The translations under genes were made by a program, and so were the position numbers. From an uncultured archaeon (GTDB lineage: Archaea > Iainarchaeota > Iainarchaeia > Iainarchaeales > 0-14-0-20-30-16), in assembly GCA_964595665.1 (NCBI GenBank), contig CAZQQS010000004.1, positions 10,719 through 42,718 of the forward strand: a stretch of 32,000 bases of DNA. The letters run 5' to 3'. This document shows, piece after piece, positions 24,209 through 32,000 of this stretch. The notes beneath the pieces are model-generated. The model did not search any database, was not told where the DNA came from, and was given only the letters and a program-made list of their open reading frames with translations. How positions within the stretch are numbered: position 1 is the first letter of the stretch; each line of letters opens with the position of its first letter.

Positions 24209-25960
24209 TCACTCCAAAATTGCTTTAATTCTTCTTATTCCAGATGCTGAAGATTCTTCTTTAATGATTTTAAACTGTCCCAACTCTTTTACATTATTAA
24301 CATGAGGCCCCATACAAATTTCTTTAGAATAATTTCCAACACTATAAACAGATACTTTTTCAGGATATTTTAATCCAAATTCGCTTTGAGCACCGGATTT
24401 CATTGCTTGTTCTAAAGACAATTCTTCTTTTTTAATTTCTAACCCTAAAGATATAACTCTATTTACTTCATCTTCTATTTTTAATAACTCTTCTTTAGTT
24501 AATGCTCTATCAAAATTAAAATCAAATCTTAGTCTTTCTGATGTAATATTAGAGCCTTTTTGTTTAATATCTTTACTTATAATTTTTCTCAATGCTTCAT
24601 TTAATAAATGTGTAGCTGTATGTAACTTTATTGTCATTTCACTCGAATCAGACATACCGCCTTTAAACTTTTGCTCAGAACCTTTTTTAGATAATTCTTG
24701 ATGTTTCTTAAATTCTTCTTGTATTGAACCAACATCTAATTTAATGTTTTTTTCTTTTGCTAATTCAATAGTCATCTCAATTGGAAAACCAAAACTTTGA
24801 TAAAGTAAAAATGCATCTTCACCATTAATTTCTTTCCATTTCAAAACTATTTTCTCAAATTCTTTTAATCCTTGTAATAAAGTATTTCTAAATTTTAATT
24901 CCTCTTTATTCAATTCATCAATTATTATTTTTTTATTTAGTTCTAATTCAGGATACCATTCTTTGTAAATAGAAATATATTCTCTTGCTATACTTTCAAC
25001 AAAATTTTCTTTTATTCCTATTTTATTTGCAAATACAATTGCTCTTCTAATTAATCTTCGCAATATATAGCCTCGATCCTTATTGCTTGGTAAACAACCA
25101 TCGCCAATTAAAAATGTAGACGCTCTTAAATGATCAGCAACAACTCTAAATTCTTTTTTATAATTCTCATATTTCTTACCACTTAATTTTGCAATTTGTT
25201 GTATTACTGGTAAAAACAAATCTGTTTCATATGCACTTTCTTTTCCAGAAATTATTGCCAATGTTCTTTCAAAACCCATTCCAGTATCAACATTCTTTTT
25301 AGGCAATTCTTCTATCTCTCCAGAAGGTAATCTATTGTACATCATGAAAACATTATTCCAAATCTCAACCCATTTATTATCATTTGGATCAAACACTTTT
25401 GGTGTTGGATTTGCACCAGTCCAATAAAATATTTCTGAATCAGGACCACAAGGACCTGTTTCTCCTGCTTGCCAAAAATTATTTTCAGCATCTAAAAAAG
25501 CAATTCTATCTTTGCTAACTCCCTGTTCTTCCCAAAATTTTGCAGAGTCTAAATCCTTAGGAACTTTAGAATCTCCTTGATAAACAGTAAAAGCCAATTT
25601 CTCTTTATTAATGCCCAACCATTTAGGATTAGTTAAAAACTCATAACTAAAAGCAATTGATTCTTTTTTAAAATAATCACCTAAAGACCAATTTCCCAAC
25701 ATTTGGAAAAAAGTATGATGAGTATTATCTCCAATATTATCAAAATCAACAGTTCTTAAACATTTTTGAATATTTACTAGCCTTACGCCTAAAGGATGTT
25801 TCTGGCCCATCAAATAAGGCACTAAAGGTTGCATTCCAGCAGTATTAAACAAAACAGTAGGATCATTATTAGGAACTAAAGAAGCAGAAGGTATTTCTAC
25901 ATGTTTTTTTGTAATAAAAAAGTCAATATATTTCTTTCGCAATTCATTACCAGTAATCAT
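24209..25960 (-). CDS. alaS: Alanine--tRNA ligase, bacterial-type, lacking the C-Ala domain
   Basis: FFITKKHVEIPSASLVPNNDPTVLFNTAGMQPLVPY...IQKCLRT...HHTFFQMLGNWSLGDYFKKESI is the bacterial-type catalytic core. The editing-domain motifs HTATHLLNEAL and CMGPHV are present. The ORF ends right after ASGIRRIKAILE, giving about 583 aa. I placed the start at ATG 25960; the track start at 25978 is TTG. Confidence 0.9.
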   Translation of the reverse strand: MITGNELRKKYIDFFITKKHVEIPSASLVPNNDPTVLFNTAGMQPLVPYLMGQKHPLGVRLVNIQKCLRTVDFDNIGDNTHHTFFQMLGNWSLGDYFKKESIAFSYEFLTNPKWLGINKEKLAFTVYQGDSKVPKDLDSAKFWEEQGVSKDRIAFLDAENNFWQAGETGPCGPDSEIFYWTGANPTPKVFDPNDNKWVEIWNNVFMMYNRLPSGEIEELPKKNVDTGMGFERTLAIISGKESAYETDLFLPVIQQIAKLSGKKYENYKKEFRVVADHLRASTFLIGDGCLPSNKDRGYILRRLIRRAIVFANKIGIKENFVESIAREYISIYKEWYPELELNKKIIIDELNKEELKFRNTLLQGLKEFEKIVLKWKEINGEDAFLLYQSFGFPIEMTIELAKEKNIKLDVGSIQEEFKKHQELSKKGSEQKFKGGMSDSSEMTIKLHTATHLLNEALRKIISKDIKQKGSNITSERLRFDFNFDRALTKEELLKIEDEVNRVISLGLEIKKEELSLEQAMKSGAQSEFGLKYPEKVSVYSVGNYSKEICMGPHVNNVKELGQFKIIKEESSASGIRRIKAILE

Positions 25961-26013
25961 AAATCTCACTAAATTCAATATAATAGATATATAATAAGTA
26001 TAATATATTTAAA

Positions 26014-27033
26014 ATGCTTGCCAATAAGTTTATTATGGTCGAATTAATTCTAAAAGAAAATCCAGAAAGCTTTTATGTAGAAGAACTCTTACCTAAAGAC
26101 TATTTTGTTAATGTTGATTCAAATATTAATTTATATAAAATTTCAAAGAAGAATTTATCGAATACAGATTTAGAGAAAATATTAAAAGAAAAATTAGGTT
26201 ATTTCAATTCTGCTGGTATAAAAGATAAACTTGCAAATACTATTCAATACATTACTTCAAATAGAAAAATACCTGATTTTGAAATAACTAATGAAGATTA
26301 TTATTTAAAAGTAGAATTTTTAAATACTACAAAAAAACAATTATTTATTGGAGCGCATATAGGAAATAAATTTAAAATCAAAACAAATTATTTTAAGATT
26401 TACAAAGAATTAGGACATTTAGGAACTCCAAACTATTTTGATGAACAAAGATTTGGTAACTCATATTATTATGAATTTATAGCTAATTTATTAAATGAAA
26501 ATTATGAAGAAGTTTTAAAGATTTATTTAACACGAAATCATGAAACAAAAGAATCACATAAAAACTTATTAGATAATTGGAAAAATCTAGAAAATATAAG
26601 TAATGAAACAAAAAAAGAAATCTTTGAAGTAAACGATTTTAAAAAGGAAATCTATTCATTAATGTTAAAAAAGGAATTTAAGAAAGCTATAAAACAATTA
26701 AACATTAATGATTTGAAAAAGATTTACAAACAATATCAAAGTCAAGTATTTAATAACGAATTAATAACAGAATTTACTAAGGACAACATTTCTTATGAAA
26801 AACTAATCTTTTCTAAAACAAGACTTAAAAAGAAAGAAATAATAATCAAATTTGATTTAAAATTAAAGGAATTTTTTATTGCAAACAATTTAGAAAGGGA
26901 AAACATTTTTTTTGCAAAAAATATAAAACAAACTAAACTAAATTCCCAAGAAGCAATACTAGAATTTGAATTACCAAAAGGTTGCTATGCAACTGTTTTT
27001 ATAAAACATCTATTTGCAATAAACTATATATAA
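26014..27033 (+). CDS. truD: tRNA pseudouridine synthase TruD/Pus7 family
   Basis: FYVEELLP, the catalytic-Asp motif AGIKDKLANTIQYIT, and PNYFDEQRFGN. The start could instead be ATG 26035. Confidence 0.8.
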   Translation: MLANKFIMVELILKENPESFYVEELLPKDYFVNVDSNINLYKISKKNLSNTDLEKILKEKLGYFNSAGIKDKLANTIQYITSNRKIPDFEITNEDYYLKVEFLNTTKKQLFIGAHIGNKFKIKTNYFKIYKELGHLGTPNYFDEQRFGNSYYYEFIANLLNENYEEVLKIYLTRNHETKESHKNLLDNWKNLENISNETKKEIFEVNDFKKEIYSLMLKKEFKKAIKQLNINDLKKIYKQYQSQVFNNELITEFTKDNISYEKLIFSKTRLKKKEIIIKFDLKLKEFFIANNLERENIFFAKNIKQTKLNSQEAILEFELPKGCYATVFIKHLFAINYI

Positions 27034-27075
27034 GTTTGTATTATTATTTCTATTAAATATTGTTTTGGTGAAAAT

Positions 27076-27696
27076 ATGATTATAGTTATGTTTGGTGCTC
27101 CTGGTGTGGGAAAAGGAACTATTGCTGATTTATTGGCAAAAGAATACAAATTTGTACATTTATCTGCCGGAGATATTTTAAGAACTGAAGCTAAGAAAAA
27201 AACAAAAACTGCCAAAATTATAGAGGAATATACTTCTAAAGGGTTATTATTACCTTCAGAAATAACAATCCCATTAATGGTTAAAGCCGTTAACAAAAAT
27301 AAAAAGAAAAATATAATCTTAGATGGTTTTCCAAGAAATGTGCCCCAAGCAAAAGATTTTTTAAAACATCATAAAATAGATTTAGTTATAGATTTAAAAG
27401 CACCAGAAAAAGTAATCTTAGAAAGATTATCTGGAAGAAGAATTTGTCCAACTTGTAGAACAATTTACCACATAAAAAATCAAAAACCTAAGATAAATGG
27501 TATTTGTGACCTAGATAAAAATAAATTAATTCAAAGAAAAGACGATAATCCAAAAGTTGTAAAAGATAGATTAAAGATTTACAAAAAAGAAACTTTTCCT
27601 TTAGAAGAATTCTTTACTAAAAAGAAAATCTTAAAAAAAATAAATGCTTCTGATAATCCTGAGAAAATAATTAAAAGAATTGAAAAAATATTTTAA
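27076..27696 (+). CDS. adk: Adenylate kinase (long, bacterial/eukaryal type with a Cys-containing lid)
   Basis: P-loop FGAPGVGKGT, ILDGFPRN, and lid CPTCRTIYH...GICDLD. A GGTGA SD precedes the start. Confidence 0.9.
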   Translation: MIIVMFGAPGVGKGTIADLLAKEYKFVHLSAGDILRTEAKKKTKTAKIIEEYTSKGLLLPSEITIPLMVKAVNKNKKKNIILDGFPRNVPQAKDFLKHHKIDLVIDLKAPEKVILERLSGRRICPTCRTIYHIKNQKPKINGICDLDKNKLIQRKDDNPKVVKDRLKIYKKETFPLEEFFTKKKILKKINASDNPEKIIKRIEKIF

Positions 27697-27776
27697 ATTG
27701 AAAAAAAATGTAGTATTTATAAAATCTATCTTATATTATATATCTGGAGTAAATTCTATTTTTTGTAGTGATTTTT

Positions 27777-28763
27777 ATGTCTGTTCCTATTATTAGTTTA
27801 AATAAAGTAAATAAAATATTCAAAGTTCCAAAAGAGATTAAAGGTAAATTTAATAAATTTAAAAACTTTTTTGTAAAAGCTGAAAAAGAAAAAAAAGTTA
27901 TTACAAATATGTCTTTTGAAATAAATGAAGGAGAAAAAATTGGATATATTGGAGAAAACGGTTCTGGAAAAAGTACAACAATAAAAATGTTAACTGGAAT
28001 CTTAATTCCAACATCTGGAAAAATTAAATGTTTAAACAAAGATCCTTTTAATGAACGAGCTGAATATGTTAAAGATATTGGCGTAGTATTTGGAAACAGA
28101 AGTTTATTAGATGAAGATATTCCTCCAAAATATTCTTTAGAAATTCAAGGTGCAATATATGATTTACCTGATAAATATGTAAAAGAAAGAATTGAAGAAT
28201 TTGCAAAAGAATTAGATGTAACTCATTTATTAAATACACAAGTAAGAAAATTATCTTTGGGAGAAAGAATGAGATTTGAAATTATTGCTTCTTTATTACA
28301 CAAACCAAAAATAGTTTTTTTAGATGAACCAACCATAGGTTTAGATTTAATTGCAAGAGAAAAAATTATTAAATTCTTAGATACTATTAATAAAAAATAT
28401 AATACTACAATTATCTTAACCACACATAATATGGATGATATTGAAGAATTGTGTGATAGAATAATAATGATAGATGAAGGTAAGAAAGTTTATGATGGTG
28501 ACTTAAAAACATTAAAAAGCAAATATGCTAACTGGAAAAGAATTACAATTTATTATAAAAACAAATTAAAAAATATTGATTTAAAAAATCTAGAAATTCT
28601 TGAAGAAAGTAACAATTATATAATATTAAAAGCACCAGCAATTAGAATTGATTTAATTACAAAAGAATTATTAAATACATACGAAGTAATTGATTTAAAA
28701 ATTGAAGAACCAAATTTAAAAGAAATTGTTAAAAAAATATATGTTGATGGCTATGTTAAATAA
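27777..28763 (+). CDS. ABC transporter ATP-binding protein
   Basis: Walker A GENGSGKST, signature LSLGERMR, Walker B VFLDEPTIGLD, and the H-loop TTHN. I placed the start at ATG 27777 after a GTGAT SD. Confidence 0.9.
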   Translation: MSVPIISLNKVNKIFKVPKEIKGKFNKFKNFFVKAEKEKKVITNMSFEINEGEKIGYIGENGSGKSTTIKMLTGILIPTSGKIKCLNKDPFNERAEYVKDIGVVFGNRSLLDEDIPPKYSLEIQGAIYDLPDKYVKERIEEFAKELDVTHLLNTQVRKLSLGERMRFEIIASLLHKPKIVFLDEPTIGLDLIAREKIIKFLDTINKKYNTTIILTTHNMDDIEELCDRIIMIDEGKKVYDGDLKTLKSKYANWKRITIYYKNKLKNIDLKNLEILEESNNYIILKAPAIRIDLITKELLNTYEVIDLKIEEPNLKEIVKKIYVDGYVK

Positions 28764-29523
28764 ATACAAATTTAACTACTTTAAAAAATTATTGGGTTTT
28801 TATTGGCAAGAATTAAATGCATATCCATTCAGAAGAATAGCCTATATTTTAGACCCAATATTAGAATTCATCCCAATTATGTTCTTAATGAGTATAGTAT
28901 CGCAAAGCCCATTATTTGTTTATTCAACAAAAGAAATTTATTTATACTATTTTTTTGTATGGGGTTTATTTTATAACTTAAGTCAAGATTCGAAATTATT
29001 TCAGGAATTTTATTATGGTCAAATCGCAAATAGATTAACTAAACCATTAACACTAACAAAAAATTATTTTTACGAAATAATTGCAAATAAAATAATCTCA
29101 TTAATGTTTTTAGGATTATTGGTTATAATATTAGGATTAATTTTCATTGGCCCTATTTCATTATTTGGAATATTATTTTATATTTTAGGAATAATAATGA
29201 TAAGCTTCTTAGTTATCAGTTTATTATTTGCAAGTTTTTGGCTAGGCAAAAATTATGGAATAATGATGCTTATAGGAATAATTATAAATTTTACCTCTGG
29301 TAGAATTCTTCCTTTAGATTTATTTCCAGAAATTATTCAAAAAATATTTTTAATATTGCCATTTAATTTAATGGTTTATACCCCTGCAAAAATCTATTTG
29401 GGACAACTTACCCCAAGTATATGGATTGTTTTGCAATATTTTGTTTGGATATTTGTATTTTATACATTGGCCAGATTCTTAGAAAAAAAAGGTTTGAAAA
29501 AATATGAAGGCTATGGTGGTTAA
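28726..29523 (+). CDS. ABC-2-type transporter permease
   Basis: A roughly 6-TM protein directly following and overlapping the ATPase gene. The start is ambiguous: TTG 28726, or ATG at 28741, 28747 or 28753. Confidence 0.7.
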   Translation: MLKKYMLMAMLNKYKFNYFKKLLGFYWQELNAYPFRRIAYILDPILEFIPIMFLMSIVSQSPLFVYSTKEIYLYYFFVWGLFYNLSQDSKLFQEFYYGQIANRLTKPLTLTKNYFYEIIANKIISLMFLGLLVIILGLIFIGPISLFGILFYILGIIMISFLVISLLFASFWLGKNYGIMMLIGIIINFTSGRILPLDLFPEIIQKIFLILPFNLMVYTPAKIYLGQLTPSIWIVLQYFVWIFVFYTLARFLEKKGLKKYEGYGG

Positions 29524-30315
29524 ATGTCTTATTGGAATTTAATTAAAAAAATAATTATTTCTCGATTTAAAGCAATGAATGAATTTAGAAAAGATAGTCT
29601 AATATTCTTATTAGTACAAATCATACATTATTCTATTATATTTATATTCTTTAAAACAATATTTAGTTTCACGAATACAATAGTTGGTTGGAATCTTAAT
29701 GAGATTTTATTTTTATTTTTTTTAAACCAAATACCTTTTGAAACACTATGGACTTTAGGATTATATTCTATAAATAATTTAATCACTTCTGGCGAGTTAA
29801 ACATCTACTTAATAAAACCAAAAGATACAATTACTTTATTTACATTTTTAAAAATAAATTATTATAATTTAATATTTTTAATTTTAGAAATAATTTGTAT
29901 GATACTAGCATTTTTTATATTAAATATAAATTTAACCGCTATATCTTTTATTTTAGGATTAATTGCATATCTTTTTGGATTAATTGCATTCTTATTTATT
30001 AATTCCACAATAAAAATATTGAGTTTCAAATATGGCGATGTTGAAGATATATTTGAATTACCAAATACTATCCAAAATAAATTTGCAGAATACCCCTTAG
30101 CAATTTTATCTAAACCTTATTTTATTTTAATTTCTTTTTTATTTCCTCCAACAATAGTAACTTTATTTGTTCCAGCATTAATATTTTTAAATAAAATTAA
30201 TTTGTTTTGGAGCATAATATTAACTATTTTATTAGGACTATATGCATTAATTTGTTTAATATTATTTAGAAGATTATTTTATAAACAATTAAAAAATTAT
30301 GAAGGATATAGTTAA
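29524..30315 (+). CDS. ABC-2-type transporter permease (second subunit)
   Basis: A multi-TM protein whose ATG directly follows GGTGGTTAA of the previous gene. Both permeases end in KxYEGY(G/S). Confidence 0.7.
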   Translation: MSYWNLIKKIIISRFKAMNEFRKDSLIFLLVQIIHYSIIFIFFKTIFSFTNTIVGWNLNEILFLFFLNQIPFETLWTLGLYSINNLITSGELNIYLIKPKDTITLFTFLKINYYNLIFLILEIICMILAFFILNINLTAISFILGLIAYLFGLIAFLFINSTIKILSFKYGDVEDIFELPNTIQNKFAEYPLAILSKPYFILISFLFPPTIVTLFVPALIFLNKINLFWSIILTILLGLYALICLILFRRLFYKQLKNYEGYS

Positions 30316-30704
30316 ATTAAATTTATTTCCAAAAGATCATTTTTCTTTACTAAAATAGTTTTATTATTTACTATTTCTGAAAAATCGCAATCTAAATCTA
30401 TTGGTAAGAATAATTCTTTTTCTAAATTATTTGCAGAAATTATAAATTTGACCTCATAATCTTTACATTCTAATATAATTGGGTATAAGAAATCAAATGC
30501 CATTTCAAAGCTAGAGTTATTTTCTAAAGTATTTAAAAGAGACACATTAGCTTGAAACTCATGAATGTTTTTGCTAACATTATAAACATCAATCATTAAT
30601 AAAGAAGAATTAAATAATTTTGCAAAAACAGGCATAAATATTACCAAAATGGCAACCATTGCAAATAATACTACTAAAAATTCTAAGGATATTTGCGCTT
30701 TCAT
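30312..30704 (-). CDS. Class III signal-peptide protein (archaeal type IV pilin-like)
   Basis: The N-terminus MKAQISLEFLVVLFAMVAILVIF has the (K/R)(G/A)-Q-I-S prepilin-peptidase motif followed by a hydrophobic helix. It lies 6 nt downstream of a second pilin-like gene. Confidence 0.65.
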   Translation of the reverse strand: MKAQISLEFLVVLFAMVAILVIFMPVFAKLFNSSLLMIDVYNVSKNIHEFQANVSLLNTLENNSSFEMAFDFLYPIILECKDYEVKFIISANNLEKELFLPIDLDCDFSEIVNNKTILVKKNDLLEINLI

Positions 30705-30710
30705 TGTAAT

Positions 30711-30893
30711 CTAATTATTTATATCATCAATTTGCGTTAATAACTCATTAGTTTTTTCATCAATTTTTTCCGATGCTTGTTTACTTGTGCTTGATAATCT
30801 TGTAATTAAAACTATCGCCACAGCTAATAAAGCAGCTAAAACAATAATCATTTCTGCAGATATTTGTGCCCTAGATTCCTTAAGAAAAGACAT
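30711..30893 (-). CDS. Small class III signal-peptide pilin-like protein
   Basis: MSFLKESRAQISAEMIIVLAALLAVAIVLI is a typical archaeal prepilin leader plus hydrophobic helix. A GGGGGT SD lies 5 nt before the ATG. Confidence 0.7.
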   Translation of the reverse strand: MSFLKESRAQISAEMIIVLAALLAVAIVLITRLSSTSKQASEKIDEKTNELLTQIDDINN

Positions 30894-31051
30894 ATTAAAC
30901 CCCCAAATAAAAATACAAAAAAAGTCAGTGCATAATTTGAATAAAAACGCACAATAGAATATAATTAAGTAATATAAATAGCTTTCTGTTAAGTAAATAG
31001 TTTAAAAAGCCTTTCTAACATAATATAATATATTATATTAAAGTGATGCCT

Positions 31052-32000
31052 ATGTTAGATATTAATTTATTTAGAAACGATGTTGAGTTTAAAAGAATAT
31101 TAGAAAGTGAACAAAAAAGAAATAAAAATTTAGAAAATGCAGAAAATACTAAAAAATATGATGATTTGTGGAAAAAAGCTAAATCTGATTGCGAGTTAAA
31201 AAAAGCAGAAAAAAACAAATTAATAAAAGAAACTGCTGAAAAAGCAAAACTGAAAAAACCCATTGATGATTTAAAAATTAAATCTAAGGAACTAGATGCA
31301 GAAATAAAAAATTTAGAAACAAAACAAATAGAATATTTAGAATTAAGAGAACTTAATAGAAAAAAAGTAGGAAATATATTATGGCACGACGTTCCAATAG
31401 GCAAAACAGAAGAAGAAAGTATAACTATAAAAACTTGGGGAAAAGCTAAGGTTCAAAAACAACACTTAGAAAATTTTAAAAAATTATCAAATAATAATAT
31501 GGATTCTGAGATTATTAATTATGAACCTAAAAGCCATGTTGATTTTGCTGAAAAGGATTTATTTGATTTAGAAAGAGCTGCAAAAGTTTCTGGTGCAAGA
31601 GCATATTACTTGAAAAACAAATTAGCTATTTTGCATTTATCAGTTTTAAGATTTGCTATTGATAAATTAATTGAAAAAGGTTATAATTTCATGTACACTC
31701 CATTTTATGTAAATAGAAATACAATAGAAAAAACTGCTGAATTAGCTGACTTTGAAGAAACTTTGTATAAATTAGATAATGACCAATTTTTAATTGCAAC
31801 TGCAGAACAAACATTAGCAGCATTTCATATGGATGAAATATTAGATAAAAATTTATTACCATTAAAATATGTTGGATTCTCAAGTTGTTTTAGAAAAGAA
31901 GCTGGAAGTACAAATAAAGATACTCGAGGAATATTCAGAGTTCACCAATTTGATAAAGTTGAACAATATATATTTTGTTTACCAGAAGATTCTGAAAGAA
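31052..32000 (+). CDS. serS: Serine--tRNA ligase (N-terminal about 316 aa; continues beyond the right edge)
   Basis: Not in the track because it is open at the edge. My translation reads MLDINLFRNDVEFKRILESEQKR, a coiled-coil arm, then SGARAYYLKN, ATAEQTLAAFH and FSSCFRKEAGSTNKDTRGIFRVHQFDKVEQYIF (class II motif 2). An in-frame ATG at 31046 is an alternative start. Confidence 0.9.
   Translation, partial: MLDINLFRNDVEFKRILESEQKRNKNLENAENTKKYDDLWKKAKSDCELKKAEKNKLIKETAEKAKLKKPIDDLKIKSKELDAEIKNLETKQIEYLELRELNRKKVGNILWHDVPIGKTEEESITIKTWGKAKVQKQHLENFKKLSNNNMDSEIINYEPKSHVDFAEKDLFDLERAAKVSGARAYYLKNKLAILHLSVLRFAIDKLIEKGYNFMYTPFYVNRNTIEKTAELADFEETLYKLDNDQFLIATAEQTLAAFHMDEILDKNLLPLKYVGFSSCFRKEAGSTNKDTRGIFRVHQFDKVEQYIFCLPEDSER

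Noticed and set aside
5573-28423. Other short antisense or alternative-frame track ORFs: 5573..5800, 6633..6914, 6999..7223, 7974..8201, 10639..10821, 11809..12162, 16816..17004, 17423..17611, 18910..19173, 22595..22783, 27024..27296, 27731..28039 and 28223..28423.
   Set aside because: Each lies inside a longer ORF with recognisable family motifs on the other strand or frame. Such shadow ORFs are expected in AT-rich DNA with few stop-free constraints.
31033-31883. Track ORFs 31033..31404 and 31689..31883 on the minus strand.
   Set aside because: Both are antisense to the clear serS reading frame, whose class II motifs are present on the plus strand.
1-32000. I searched by eye for tRNA or rRNA genes, CRISPR arrays, transposases or integrases, and long terminal or inverted repeats.
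   Set aside because: There are no GC-rich islands of tRNA size in the few intergenic gaps. I saw no regularly spaced repeat-spacer structure and no recombinase-like ORF. This by-eye scan cannot exclude small ncRNAs.
1-32000. Possibility of a non-standard genetic code, with TGA or TAG reassigned, as occurs in some small-genome lineages.
   Set aside because: TGA, TAA and TAG all terminate motif-supported ORFs at the expected lengths. Examples are alaS and sod ending in TGA and the Zn ribbon ending in TAG. I saw no in-frame stops inside conserved domains.

Overview
Very AT-rich, gene-dense window with almost no non-coding DNA. Convergent genes often abut or share stop codons. The gene content is archaeal and looks like a small-genome, DPANN-like lineage: Sm-like protein, NMD3, Ogg2-type glycosylase, TrmB regulators, NYN/LabA protein, AMMECR1, M50-CBS protease, and class III (archaeal type IV pilin) signal peptides. 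Some genes are bacterial-type, namely alaS and a Zn-lid adk. Housekeeping genes present are hisS, alaS, serS (partial), truD, adk, trxB, sod, ogg, uppP, HIT and HAD hydrolases, and an ABC-2 transporter. GGTGA/GTGAT-like Shine-Dalgarno motifs let me move several ORF-track starts to internal ATGs. I saw no rRNA, tRNA, CRISPR array, transposase or integrase. The stand-out locus is a 380-aa [FeFe]-hydrogenase made only of the H-cluster domain (12775-13917). All catalytic motifs are intact, there are no F-cluster domains, and no maturases or partner genes lie nearby. Secondary leads are listed here. (1) A NYN / two-unknowns / MinD / Sm operon in which MinD keeps a bacterial-like membrane-targeting helix but has no MinC or MinE. 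(2) Several enzymes with substituted catalytic residues: M50 HExxH to HDxxQ, HAD nucleophile D to N, UppP E/H positions, AMMECR1 LRGCIG. (3) A bacterial-type AlaRS lacking C-Ala, tightly coupled to a Cas4-like Fe-S nuclease. (4) Three phased TTACCAA boxes next to a small wHTH regulator. (5) Small ORFs missed by the track. (6) Surface and pilin genes. All functional calls rest on motif recognition by eye; no searches were run.
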